64,000 bases of DNA. It comes from Eledone cirrhosa. Taxonomy: Eukaryota. This document shows, piece by piece, positions 39,440 through 52,639 of the stretch. The position numbers and the translations under genes were made by a program. The notes under the pieces are model-generated. The model did no database searches. It was not told the DNA's origin and worked only from the letters and a program-made list of their open reading frames with translations. The first letter of the stretch is position 1. Each line of letters opens with the position of its first letter. The stretch is taken from positions 21,204,001 to 21,268,000 of the forward strand of contig OZ024759.1 of NCBI GenBank assembly GCA_964016885.1, given 5' to 3'.

Positions 39440-39715
39440 ATCGATCACGTTCTGTCCGATCCTGAGAGGGATGAGTTCCACTAGGTTTTGAATCCCCAAG
39501 ACACGCCATGTGTCGGTAAAGGTGGCGCCCCTACACCTCCATAAGTAAGTTAAGGGCTCATGTTTATGAGTTAGTGATTTGGCTGCCATTTCTACGCAAG
39601 TCCTTCTAACATTCTCGTAAAATCTTTCTGATTGGCTTATGATATCAGTAGTCGTTCTGTAGCCCTGGGACTGCAGCTTTCTCTTCAAAAATAAATACAC
39701 AGCTTCGTTTCATTC
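39440..39715 (-). mobile_element. Possible decayed R2/NeSL-type RLE domain
   Basis: NEAVYLFLKRKLQSQGYRTTTDII..ENV..AAK..HK(H)EPL..CRGA..TWRVLGI loosely follows the RHN..L...GY..PDI..K.Y.PL..GARG..LG pattern. Confidence 0.35.
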
Positions 39716-40003
39716 TTTGCTGCCTCTGGCCTCCTCCATATCTATATTTCTTTCTCTCCCCATCTACCTATATCCCTCTACTTCAGCCCCTCAATCCCAA
39801 CCCCTCCCTCATCTTTCTCTTTCTGTTAGCTCATCCTTCGCTGCCTGCTTCTTTCTCAATTGCTATTTCTACTTCTCTCTCTTTGCTCTATCTTCCTCTA
39901 TCTTTCCTCTATCTTCCTCTATTTTTTCTCTTCCCCTCTTCTTCACTCGCTGCCTGCTGCCTGCCTCCCTCTCTCTCTATCCCTCTCTGTTTTCTTTCCT
40001 TGC

Positions 40004-40040
<37 letters not shown>

Positions 40041-40459
40041 TGCCTTTCATCTTCTTGACTTTAATTCCCGCCTCCCCGTTCCGCTTTAATTTGCCTGCTT
40101 GTCTCCTGTCTCCCCACCACCGCCATCATTTTCTCGCCTGTACCTCCACCTTTCTCACAGTCAGTCTTCCTCCATCTTAACCGCTGCTATTCTTCCCTTG
40201 CCTTCCTTTCCCTCTCTTTCCTTCCCGTTCCCTTCTTCTCCTCAGCCAATAGGAAAGCGATATGGCGGCCATCACACTAACAAGTTGAAACTACTGTTTC
40301 ATATCATCACCGCCATTGGATGATCAAACTAACGTTTTCTCTTTCTCTCTTCTGTGTTCACCGAGACCACTAGACGTCTTACACCGGGGGGGCTCTGCAC
40401 ACTGGACAATGTTCTATCCCATATTGTCCAGGCATATATCATCTGCTTATGTTCGCTAA

Positions 40460-40730
40460 GATGGAAGCACGCAGCCCAAGGTGTTGAACCCCTAACGTCG
40501 TGGGTTCAACTCCTGTACTGGGTTGTGTGTTCTGTTCTTGAACAAAACACTTCATATCATATTTCTTCAGTATACTCAACAGCAATAGCTGAGAGTTTAA
40601 CCCAGTGATGGACTGGCGTCCTGTCCAGGGGGGCAATATTGTACTCTCAGTCGCTTAACACCATGGATACCAGGATAAGCACAGGCCTGATGAGACTCCT
40701 CCGGGCTTGAGACAGACTTTAGACTTCGAC
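40460..40730 (+). mobile_element. Old tRNA-head SINE with CORE-like and V-like central domains
   Basis: GGGTTCAACTCC B box; GTGTTCTGTTCTTGAACAAAACACTT; GATGGACTGGCGTCCTGTCCAGGGG..GGATAAGC. Confidence 0.55.
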
Positions 40731-40904
40731 TACGTTCGCTAAGGCCACTAGGTGGCTTACGCCAGGGGAACTCTGCTCACTGGATAGTGTTCTCCCACAG
40801 ATTATCCAGGGTGTGAGGTTGAGAGAATTTGTTAGAGCAGCGGACGAGACATAATTGTTTGGTCCACATTTTTCCACGGTCTTCGAGTTGAAATCTCATC
40901 AAGG

Positions 40905-41692
40905 TCATCAAGGTCACCTTCGCCTTTCATCCAACGGGGTTGATAAAATAAAGTACCAGTCATGTACTGGTAGTCGATATAACCGACCTCCCTTAAATTG
41001 CTGGCCTTGTGCATAAAAAAAATGGATGTTCAAGGATGTTCAAGGCAGTGAATTAACAGTATCGGTAAAGAGACGAACAAGATGTGCAACATATAGTTAC
41101 ATCCCTTTACGTTCTGAGTTCAAATCCCGCCAAGGTTAGAGGCTTTGCCCTTCATCCTTACGGGGGTCGATAAAATAAGGTACCAGTAATACACTGGAGT
41201 CGATTTAGGCCTTGTGCCTATACTAGAAACCATTATTTCTCTCTTTGTCTTTATGTTCCTCTATCTCCCCCACCCCTTCTTTACTCGTTGCTTGCTGCCT
41301 CCATCATGGATTGGCAGTGTCGGTAGAGGGTCGGACACCATGCTTTGCAGCATAGAGTTATGGCTCTTTACGTTCTGAGTTCAAATCCCGCCGAGGTTAC
41401 TTTGCTTTGCCTATCATCCTTACGGGGTCGATAAAATAAAGTACCAGCAATACACTGGGTCATTGATGGCCTTGTGTCAAAAGTAGAAACAATTATTATT
41501 ATTATTATTAAGGAACAAATCGGTAGAGGGTCTGACGCCATGCTTTCCAGCATAGTTACGTCCCTTTACGATCTGAGTTCAAATCCCGCCGAGGTTGACT
41601 TTGCCTTTCATCCTTACGGGGTCGATAAAATAAAGTACCAGTAATGCACTGGGTAATTGCTGGCCTTGTGCCTAAAGTAGAAACAATTATTA
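40905..41692 (+). mobile_element. Tandem cluster of 4 tRNA-derived SINEs
   Basis: Copies at about 40910-41013, 41040-41232, 41307-41492 and 41520-41690. Confidence 0.85.
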
Positions 41693-42458
41693 TTAAGGAA
41701 CAAACAAAAGCAGTGCTTATATTGATCCATAACCAGCTATAGCGGATCCAGATGTATGAAAGCATCCAGACACTATTGATTATTGATCGCATTAATCGAT
41801 AAATCAATAAATAAGTGGGTGCATGGATCAGGCATTGCAAGCCGGTGCAACGAGTAAAATACAAGTCGCGTTACAATCTGCAGCAGAACATAGAACATTT
41901 AAGGTTGTCGGTGGCTAACCCCGGCTTTGTGTCTTTGTTAGAAACTAACTCCTTTATAAGGTGTATTGAAGTAATTGATAGAGTCGTGCACATATACATG
42001 CATACATACACTTACATGCACACATACACCAACATGCACACATACATAAACACATATATGCACACAAACATACACCCACATACTTTGCGCAGGCATACGT
42101 ACATGCACACATACCTACAAACATCTGCATATGCACATACAATACTGCACATACACATCAACATGCATACATACGTGCTCACATACATACATGCACACAC
42201 ACACACACAGCAACATACATGCACACACACATACACACACACATACCTACATACATCTGCATATGCACACACTCACCATCTGCACATATACATGCATACA
42301 CACCACACAAATAAGCACACCAGCATACATCTGCACATGTATACGCTCATGCACACACACACACCAACAGGCATATATAGACAAACCAATATGCATACAT
42401 ACATACACAGCAACATTGATATATATATATATATATACACCAACATACATACATACGT

Positions 42459-42497
<39 letters not shown>

Positions 42498-42501
<4 letters not shown>

Positions 42502-42652
42502 GAATAGGCTTCTACAGGACTAGTAATGTTTAATTCGGGAGAAATCATCAGGAGAAATCATGTAGAAGCCTTTTCTATATTAAATATTTATACTCTGCTT
42601 TGTATTGAGTACCTTACTTACTGTGGTTAGCCCCGATTGGACCCGGGATAAA
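42498..42652 (+). mobile_element. Family F5 fold-back element, internally deleted, with a degenerate minus-strand hammerhead
   Basis: TTCTACAGGACTAG..AAATCATCAGG and tail ATACTCTGCTTTGTATTGAGTACCTTACTTACTGTGGTTA match 51095-51300. Confidence 0.65.
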
Positions 42653-42926
42653 CGCGCGCGTGTGTGTGTGTGTGTGTGTGTGTGCACGCGCACGCGCAGA
42701 AACCATCATATATACACACCAACATACACACACACACTCACGCACGTAAATGCCTAAGTGGCAAATTAGAAAGCAAGCACCCAGTTAACATACACTTTGT
42801 AAATATAATCTGTAAGTGGAACAATAAAAATATACAAGTCTTTTCTAAGATTCAAACATATAACTCTACTTCTGTAATAGTTATCTGAATTCCAGGAATG
42901 TAGCATTGTTTCTTTGCTACTAACCG

Positions 42927-42998
<72 letters not shown>

Positions 42999-43017
42999 GG
43001 ATAGATGTATAGTTTAT

Positions 43018-43093
43018 AATTGTTTCTACTTTTGGCACAAGGCCAGCAATTATTCCAGTGTATTACTGGTACTTTATTTTATCGACCCCGTAA
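43018..43093 (-). mobile_element. 3' fragment of the tRNA-derived SINE
   Basis: Tail and part of the core. Confidence 0.8.
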
Positions 43094-43238
43094 GTTTATA
43101 ATGCGCCGAAACATCCGTGACCCGTAGTAAACTACAAAGGGAGACCGTCCATCTCTTGTTTGTGTCGCCTTACCTTCTAATACTCGTTATCAGTTATCAC
43201 ACAGCCCCTCCTCTCAATCCATAATTATATATATATAT

Positions 43239-43669
43239 AAAATAGGGTGTGGTAAAATACCAGGTGGACCATAACCAACCAGAGTACTCGATACTTGGGG
43301 TAGTAGAGTGGGTAATAGGAGTTCAAATCTAGCTGTCGAAATGGCCGGAGCTCAGCCGCCAGGGTTCTGAATCTTTTCATATCATCATCATCATCATCAT
43401 CATCATCATTGTTTAACGTCCATCTTCCACGCTAGCATGGGTTTGTGTATATATATATATATATATATAGGAACGAGTAGGACCCCGACGGCTGAGCTCA
43501 AGCCGTTTCGACGGCTAATTCTGGATTATTTTAGTCCAGAATTAGCCGTCGAAACGGCTTGAGCTCAGCCGTCGGGGTCCTACTCGTTCCTATTACCCAC
43601 TCTACTACCCTAAGTATTGAGTACTTTGGTGCGTTATGGTCCACCTGGTTCCTTACCACATTTCCTTCG

Positions 43670-43672
<3 letters not shown>
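43239..43672. mobile_element. Two F1 elements (43239-43381 minus, deleted; 43467-43672 plus, full fold-back) around a short (ATG)n-tailed retroposon end
   Basis: F1 arm and tail sequences; (CAT)n-GTTTAACGTCC at 43381-43443. Confidence 0.75.
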
Positions 43673-43724
<52 letters not shown>

Positions 43725-43730
<6 letters not shown>

Positions 43731-43868
43731 TTGCGAACTTTTTAAAATCGTGTGTGGAAACAAATATTGTTATAAAAGATACAGAAGCGAAAACCAACCA
43801 AACAGTGAGTGTGTTCTGTTATTTCTGGCAATATTATTACAATATGACCCTCCCCAAGTATAACAATA
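43725..43868 (-). mobile_element. Family F8 (TA)n-embedded element, non-palindromic form
   Basis: Shares the tail and one arm with 56829-56975. Confidence 0.65.
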
Positions 43869-43900
43869 TATATATATATCATGCACACATGTTTGTGCAG

Positions 43901-43936
<36 letters not shown>

Positions 43937-45100
43937 GTATGTGTTGGTGTATGTATATATCAATGTGGGTGTGTGTGTATGTACGTATACATGTGCAGAT
44001 GTTTGTTTGTGTGTGTGTGTGTATGTATGTTGGTGTGTGTTTATGAATGATTGAAATTAATAGACAATCATAGGTGATGAATTAGCAGAATCAGTAGATC
44101 ATCGGGCAACATGCTCTGTGGCATATAGTTTCAGCTCTTTACGTTTGGCATTGTGCATTCGAATCCCACCAAAGTCAATTTTTTCTTTCATCCGACATAA
44201 TCAACTTTGAGAACAGAGCAGTGTCTTGTGTTTCCTACTACTTGAGCAGACAAAACCCTTAGGGAAGCCGACATACATACATGCATACATGGTGGCTGCC
44301 AACTCGTTTTCGAGTACAGCCACCACTTCATATCCATGTAGGAGAACCCCTACCGATGTGCTAAACAAGTGTGACTTTTTAGTCCAGCCAGCGACTTGAA
44401 AACTCTGGTACAAACACTACACCTGTGACAATTATTGACACCTAGTGCTGGGCCCATGGCACCATGTGACGACAAGTGCAGAGAGATCTCCAGATATAAA
44501 GCAATGCCTGTGCCATGAAGCTTTTATAGTGAGCAAAGGCACTGCACATACATGTTAGTATTTGGCATTTAACTCCTGAATTGCAGTACGACACACGATG
44601 TTTTGGCCATTTAAACATTTGAAAGAACTCATCCTTTCCCAGGTTTCTTGTAGAGAAAGAGGGGAAAGAGAGAGATAGAAATAGCGAGGAGGTGGGCGAA
44701 GAATTAACCCTAGTATTGGATTAGTACTTTATTTATTGACTTCGAAAGAATGAAAAGAAACGTTGACCTCAGCGCGATTTGAACTCAAAACGAAACAAGT
44801 CGAAACAAGTACCGATGAGGCATTTTTTTAATAGCTGCTTAACAATGACTCTGCCAATTAGCTGCTTTTACACACACGTGCATAGTTCCATCCAACTTCT
44901 TGAGTATTTTCAAAATGATTTGAAGATGATAGGCTGTGTCATTCCATTAGAATACGGTCACAAGAATAATGAAAGTATTTATATATTTATCTAAACCGCC
45001 TAACAACATAACTTCAGTCTAGTTAAATATTATACGAAATTATTCCCACCATCCACCATGCTCTTTTTATCTATCTATCTATCTCTCTATCTCCTTGTCT

Positions 45101-45151
<51 letters not shown>

Positions 45152-45169
45152 TTATTTATCTTTCTATCA

Positions 45170-45497
45170 TTTGCTGAAAGGTGGATGAATGTGGCGAAAA
45201 TGGCCCGAGTGAATGGGCCTTCTCTGTATATAAACCTGTAGGTTGAGGAAGACAAACAAGGGGAAGACAGGAACACCTACAAAACGTGCTCCTGGTGTTG
45301 AAGGTTGTTCTATCTACGGGGTGTAAAACAACCAGGCAGTAATGTTCCCCCTATTGGGGATTTCGATTGTTATTTTATTTTATATATAGTTTATTGTTAT
45401 TTATTAATGTGAAAGTTATATGATTTTAATGTAAAAGCCCCGCCGTCACGTCTTGTAATGTCCCATTTTTTTGTACGTCCTTGTGGCAAATAAAGAA
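45170..45497 (+). mobile_element. Possible L1/Tx1-like LINE 3' end
   Basis: FAERWMNVAKMARVNGPSLYINL* followed by a UTR-like stretch ending in AATAAAGAAA. Confidence 0.35.
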
Positions 45498-45924
45498 AGG
45501 TATCTTTCTCTATATTTATCCATCTCCTAGTTGATATATCTATCTATCTCCTCCTTTACCATTTCAACAGAGTTCTGCAATATATAAATATATTTCTCTC
45601 CTTCTCTTTCCTGCTACTAACAGACAATAAATCCTAATTTCCCAATTTTTTAACAAACCTTTTCACGCTAAACATAATTTTTTCAAAAGCCATATATTTC
45701 AATTAAAAATAAAAAGAACAACAAACCCAGCCTTTCCTTTATAACAACAACAGCAACATTATAATATATAAACTATAAAAACACGAAAAAAATAATTCTA
45801 AATAAAATAAAATGGACGAATAAATAAACCGCGCATCCCATCATATAAATATTTTACATAATTAACATCTAATAACAATTTTCTGTTGGCAATAATATAT
45901 ATAAATAAACACAATTTCACTGTG

Positions 45925-46110
45925 TTAACAGACGGTGTCATAGCAACTTCCGGTTTTCTAACAATTTGTCGGTTTTGCTAGCGTCCGCCATATTTGCTTC
46001 AATGTCTGACTACGTTTGTCTATTTTGCTATTTTCAATTTTTGTGTTTTCGAACCAAATGATGCAGAATTGATAATGGTCGCCGCCATGATTCGCTTGCG
46101 CGCGCATGTA
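45925..46110. promoter_or_regulatory. Promoter/enhancer-like CpG-containing island with ETS, YY1 and NRF1-like motifs
   Basis: ACTTCCGGT (45946-45954), CCGCCATATT (45985), GCCGCCATG (46081) and TGCGCGCGCATG (46097) in an otherwise AT-rich context. Confidence 0.35.
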
Positions 46111-46324
46111 TCTGTGTATGTATGTGTGTATGTATGTATGTATGTATGTATGTATGTATGTATGTATGTATGTATGTGCGTATATATATATATATATACA
46201 CACACACACATATATATATAATACACATGTTATATGTATATGTGTATGTATATACATATATACACGCATGTATATATATATATATATATGTATGTGTATG
46301 TGTATATACATATATACACGCATG

Positions 46325-46355
<31 letters not shown>

Positions 46356-46727
46356 ATATGTATATACATATATACACGCATGTATATATATATATATATG
46401 TGTGTGTATGTGTATATGTATATACATAAACACATGCGCATATATATATTTATATAATATACACAAAATATAAACATACATACACGCATAATACACATAT
46501 TCATGTTTCTAACATATTATTAAAACATACGTACACACACGTGTTTGTAAGTGTATGTATATGTATACATATATATGGGTGTGTATATACCATAATTAGT
46601 GTTACGTCATGGATAGATTGGTGTAGACCTTTCTGCTTAATTAGCCATTCCTAATTATGTGAATCTAAGATTAACCCTGCTATTTACAAGAGCTACTCTA
46701 AATATGGCGAACTAATTTTTAAGTTAA

Positions 46728-47232
46728 TGTTTTCTGATTTAGACACAAAGACAACAATTTGGGGGAAGCGAAAGTCGATTAAATCGACCTCAGTATATTA
46801 CAGATAATTTGTTTTATCGACCTTGTAAGGATGAAAAGCAAAGTTAACCTCGGCGGGATTTGAAATCAAAACGTTAAGGGTTGTAACTCTGCTACGAATC
46901 ATGGTGTCTGACGCTCTACCGTTACTGCCAATGGTTTCTGATTTAGCCACAAGAACAAGAATTTTTGGGGGGAAGAAAAAAATCGATTAAATTGACCTCA
47001 GTGCATTACTGGTACTTTATTTTTCGACCCTGTAAGGATGAAAGGCAAAGGTAACCTCGGCGGGATTTGAAATCAGAAAGTAAAGGGCTGTAACTCTGCC
47101 GCGAAGCAATGTCTCCGACGCTCTAACGATGCTCCCGATTCACCGCCCTTACCTGACTAATAAATGCTTCTAATTTAGGCTCAACGCCAGCAAATACTCC
47201 AGTGCATTACTGGTACTTTATCTTATCGACCC
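46728..47232 (-). mobile_element. Tandem cluster of 3 older tRNA-derived SINEs
   Basis: Copies at about 46730-46930, 46933-47148 and 47163-47232. Confidence 0.8.
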
Positions 47233-47500
47233 TTAATATGGAGACTTGTTTAGAAATTTGAGTAAAATGAAATTTGACGATATAAACCCCAGCATTTGAC
47301 TGGTATTTTATTTTTATCATATATATATATATAACATTTAATTATGTAACAAAGCAGCCTGGGGTGTAAGGTTCATAAAAAGACCCATAGTTTCATGGCC
47401 AAACCATCTTAGCTTTCGTTTCTCCACAGAAGATGAGCTGTCGAAACAGCAAGAGCTCACTCATCGGGCGCCGCCTTTTTCTAATATATATATATATATA

Positions 47501-47782
47501 TAGAAGTGGTAGCACAACAGTTTGTTCATCATATCGAGAACAATTGTTTCACCTTATCGGATCCTCAGCTCGGACTGGTCAAGGTTATACGGAATAGGAA
47601 GAACCCTACGGTTGTTCTTCCTATTCCGTACAACCATGACCAGTCCAAGCTGAAGATCCGCTAAGGTGAAACAATTGTTCTCAGTATGGTGAACTAACTG
47701 TTGTGTTACCACTTCTACCTAACTCGTCCCATGGACTGAGTGCTCTACCACTACGAATATTACCTTCCAGTGATCTACCTCT
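47501..47782 (+). mobile_element. Family F6 fold-back: ~103-bp arms each with a minimal hammerhead, plus a ~65-nt tail, between (TA)n tracts
   Basis: Arms 47501-47603 and 47613-47717. Minus: CGAG-CTGAGGA-TCC gataa GGT-GAA-ACAATTGT-T-CTCG. Plus: CTGAAGA at 47650. Confidence 0.75.
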
Positions 47783-47799
47783 ATATATATATAAGTAAT

Positions 47800-47982
47800 A
47801 ACTGTTTCTACTTTAGGCACAAGGCCAGCAATTACCCAGTGCATTACTGGTACTTTATTTTATCGACCCCGTAAGGATGAAAGGCAAAGTCAACCTCGGC
47901 GGGATTTGAACTCAGATCCTAAAGGGACGTAACTATGCTGGAAAGCATGGCGTCCGACCCTCTACCGATACTGCCAATCCAC
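47800..47982 (-). mobile_element. tRNA-derived SINE, full-length short subfamily
   Basis: A box, B box, core and tail. Confidence 0.9.
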
Positions 47983-48065
47983 GTAATAATAAATGTCAAG
48001 ACTAAAATCCGAAGAGGGCTCGACAAGGATTATATATATATGATATATATATATATATATATATA

Positions 48066-48330
48066 TAACCAAAAGTTAAACAAGGTTCATTGATTAATCA
48101 ATGAATGTAGTTTTACAATAGATTAGAAGCACCCAACAGTGAAGTTTTCTGGAGTTATTAATATTAGTTCAAAATATTAATAAATATAGACATTCATGTG
48201 ATCAAATATATTTTATTATACATATTTCAGAGGTACTGTGGTGTTTCCTCAGTACGTCCTCATGAGATAAAATAAATTGATGCCTGACATACCTCAACTG
48301 TGCTGATGGTTCAATTCCGGTCTTGGCAGT
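48066..48330 (-). mobile_element. Family F4 element with a hammerhead (48211-48272) mutated to CTCATGA
   Basis: Aligns with 32725-32888; stems conserved while loop II differs. Confidence 0.65.
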
Positions 48331-48659
48331 GATTAGTAATGACAAAAGTCAATATTTATATACCATGAGTAGTAACATGACAAACTACATATAATTGAGA
48401 GGGTACGTAGGAAAACGTGTAGAAAAAATAAAATATATATATATATATAAACCCGTAGAGCAAATATTTTAATAACCTCTGTCATTTTCGTTTAACAATT
48501 TCATTTACATTACTCTTAAACTCCGGAGCTGGAAATCATTCGGTTATTCTAAATAGAATGATTCCCTTTATACCATAAATGTGTTTTTGTCTTTACAAGA
48601 AATTGTGCTACTCGATCCACATAAGGACATAACTATCCTTGTCACCCACCCTACCCCCG

Positions 48660-48832
48660 TTCATTGCCAGGGAACGTCTTCACGAACCAAAGTATCGCCT
48701 TCCTGTTTTCCTTCGGTTGTAATGTTTTCGAAATATGTACTTCTGCGTCCACAAAATGATTTTATTTTTGTTTCAGAAAAACCCGTTAAGGGTGAAAGCA
48801 GCGATTCTTTGCTTAAACTTTAATCTGTTCTT
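48660..48832 (+). mobile_element. Unclassified element ending in (TA)n; copies at 50225-50405 and, inverted, 9040-9090
   Basis: GTTAAGGGTGAAAGCAGCGATTCTTTGCTTAAACTTTAATCTGTT is shared by all three. Confidence 0.6.
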
Positions 48833-48838
48833 ATATAT

Positions 48839-48957
<119 letters not shown>

Positions 48958-49074
48958 GGTTTGAGGTTCACCACTGTATAGAGCTGGTCTATTCCGTATG
49001 GTCAATCGTAATGCAATAATATAGAGAGTACTCAACGTAAGGCAGTTCAACCGTCTTTGTTTTTGTAGTTGGTG

Positions 49075-49499
49075 TAAATATATATTTATATATATATATA
49101 TATGTAAATATATATACATATGTAAATATATATATATGTAAATATATATATATATGTAAATATATATGTAAATATATATATATATGTAAATATATATATA
49201 TGTAAATATATATATATATGTAAATATATATATATATGTAAATATATATATATATATGTAAATATATATATATATGTAAATATATATATATATGTAAATA
49301 TATATATATATGTAAATATATATATATATGTAAATATATATATATATGTAAATATATATATATATGTAAATATATATATATATGTAAATATATATATATA
49401 TGTAAATATATATATATATATATGTAAATATATATATATATGTAAATATATATATATATATATATATGTAAATATATATATATATATATATATATGTAA

Positions 49500-49531
<32 letters not shown>

Positions 49532-49535
49532 GTAT
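49075..49535. repeat. GTAAA-(TA)n compound tandem array
   Basis: Seen directly. Confidence 0.95.
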
Positions 49536-49819
49536 ATAAACTGTGTGTGTCTATGCATATGGATGTATGTAAGTAGGAAGGTGTTGGGAAGATATAGCCT
49601 CATAAATCGTGCCATGACAGCCGCCACATGTACAGATAAACTGTGGGAGACAAGCCACAAACTTTATTGACATACTTCGCAAAGACACTGGACTAAGTGA
49701 AAATTGTGTCGGAGATGTTAACAGTGATGGTGGAGTGAAACATCTGGCGTGAGTGTTACTCCGTTTATTGGTTCGACTGGAACATCGGCTGAGGTGAAAT
49801 ATATATATATATATATACA

Positions 49820-50146
49820 TGTAAAGTTATATTTAAAATTGTTGGGTTACAACTAGTAACCCAACAATTTTTCTTCTTTTTCTTCCTTTTCTTCGTTTTG
49901 TCTTTCTTTCTTTCTTATTTCCCTCTTTTCTCTCTCTCTTTCTTTCTCTCTGTATTTTCACTGCTAGCGTAAACCTCTTCAAATGAAGTTGATGTTTATT
50001 ACGGTATGTCGAATATATTTATCTATAAAACTGTTTATATTGTATTTTGTCTGATGAAGGCATAGCATATTGTTAATATGATATCCCCGAAATATATATA
50101 ATGAAATAAATATGGTTTTATAAATATAGTTTTCCATTTATTTAAT

Positions 50147-50150
<4 letters not shown>
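49820..50150 (+). mobile_element. F3 element, interrupted, with a hammerhead motif at 50044-50107 (CTGATGA core)
   Basis: Near-identical to 21325-21550. Confidence 0.65.
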
Positions 50151-50193
<43 letters not shown>

Positions 50194-50450
50194 ATAATAA
50201 TAAAATTGAAGACTAAAATCCAGAGAGCCCGTTCTTTGCCAGCGAACGTCACCATGAACCAAAGTATCGTCTTCCTGTCTTCCTCCGGTTGCAACGTTTT
50301 TTGAAATATCCAGTTCTGCGTTTACAGATTGACTTTGTTAGTTTCAGAAGATCCCGTTAAGGGTGAAAGCAGCGATTCTTTGCTTAAACTTTAATCTGTT
50401 ATTTTAATAAATATATATATATATATATATTTTTCACCGCAGCCTATATA

Positions 50451-51092
50451 TCATCATCATAATCATCATCATCGTTTAACGTCCGTGTTCCACGCTTGCA
50501 TGAGTTTGGACGGGAGTTTTCCCACTTGAGGCAAGAGTGGTTTTCATTGCTCGCATAGGACTGTCTGGCGGGTTTTCTACAGCTGGATGCCCTTCCTAAC
50601 ACCAACCACATTTACAGTGTGGGGCTGGGAGGTTTTTACCGTGTTGCCTACACGGCCACATTACAGCGTGGACTGTCTGGCGGGTTTTCTACAGCTGGAT
50701 GCCCTTCCTAACACCAACCACATTTACAGTGTGGGGCTGGGAGGTTTTTACCGTGTTGCCTACACGGCCACATTACAGCGTGGACTGTCTGGCGGGTTTT
50801 CTACAGTTGGATGCCCTTCCTAACACCAACCACATTTACAGTGTGGGGCTGGGAGGTTTTTACCGTGTTGCCTACACGGCCACATTACAGCGTGGACTGT
50901 GTTTTTTTTTTTGTCGTGACACCTACACGATCTCATTTGTTTCGGCCTGGATGTTGTGGCACCAGCATAACTTTACATTGAAAGGGGCGGTGGGACGGGG
51001 GTGTATTTTGTTAGAGATGCCTACCGACTGTAGTAGGTTTTACTTTGTACTTAGGTAAGGCGGGTCTTCTCTATTACTGAGTACCGCCAAAG
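50451..51092 (-). mobile_element. RTE LINE 3' UTR (same family as 28258-28882) with an internal 112-bp triplication
   Basis: Reverse complement aligns to 28458-28880; units start at 50558, 50670 and 50782. Confidence 0.85.
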
Positions 51093-51094
51093 AT

Positions 51095-51408
<314 letters not shown>

Positions 51409-51411
51409 AAC

Positions 51412-51552
51412 TTTTAGTCCAGAATTAGCCGTCGAAACGGCTTGAGCTCAGCCGTCGGGGTCCTACTCGTTCCTATTACCCACTCTACTACCCTAAGTAT
51501 TGAGTACTCTGGTGCATTATGGTCCATCTGATTCCTTACCACAACTCCTTCG

Positions 51553-51587
<35 letters not shown>

Positions 51588-51670
51588 GCAAAGTTCGGAA
51601 CCCCAACGGCTGAGCTCATGCCGTTTCAACAGCAAGATTAAAAGGTTTGGATCTAGCTGTTGAAACGTTG
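51412..51670. mobile_element. F1 arm + tail (51412-51555) and a diverged F1 arm (51585-51670)
   Basis: F1 sequence between (TA)n tracts. Confidence 0.7.
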
Positions 51671-52127
51671 CGTGCGTTATGTGTTCAGTCAAAGTTGTTT
51701 TGGTGAAAAACAGGAGTAAGCAGGAGAAAGCTCTCTACGTTCGTAGTGTGTAGTTATGGTGGAGATTCGGTATAAGAATAACATTAAGAAAGATGCTGAT
51801 GTTACACAAATAAAACGATTTATGTAACATAAGCATCAATATATATATATATATATACACACATACAAACTAATTAATTATACTCAACTCGTTCTATGGA
51901 TTGAGTGGTGTTACCCTTGGATATTTAAACCAAATTTGTACTACATATGTTTCTATCTATCTATATAGTATGTTTCTATCTATCTATATATAACGAAGTA
52001 TGTTTCTATCTATCTCTATATATATAACGAAGTATGTTTCTATCTATCTGTATATATATAACGAAGTATGTTTCTATCCATCTGTATATATATAACGAAG
52101 TATGTTTCTATCTATCTGTATATATAT

Positions 52128-52315
52128 AACGAAGGAGTTGTGGTAAGGAACCAGGTGGACCATAACGGGTAGTAGAGTGGGTAATAATAGGAAAATGTTT
52201 GACCCCGACGGCAGAGCTCAAGTCGTTTCGTCGAAGGCTATTTCTGGACTATTTAGCCCAGAAATAGCCGTCGAAATGGCTTGAGCTCTGCCGTCGGGGT
52301 CAAACATTTCCCTAT
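52128..52315 (-). mobile_element. F1 fold-back element (subfamily GGAAAATGTTTGACCCC)
   Basis: Palindrome 52188-52315 with a partly deleted tail. Confidence 0.75.
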
Positions 52316-52429
52316 ATATATAGAGAGAGATAGATACATACATACATACTGTAGTAGAAATTTGGTATAAATATCCTCCAAGGTTAAGAGCACTCAGTCC
52401 CTCAGTCCATAAGACGAGTTGAGTATAAT

Positions 52430-52529
<100 letters not shown>

Positions 52530-52584
52530 AGTACAAAGTTGGTATAAATATCCAAGGGTAAGAGCACTCAGCATATAACTCATT

Positions 52585-52636
<52 letters not shown>

Positions 52637-52639
<3 letters not shown>

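Noticed and set aside
40685-40715. CTGATGAG hammerhead core
   Set aside because: Part of an old SINE tail, with no downstream GAAA or stems.
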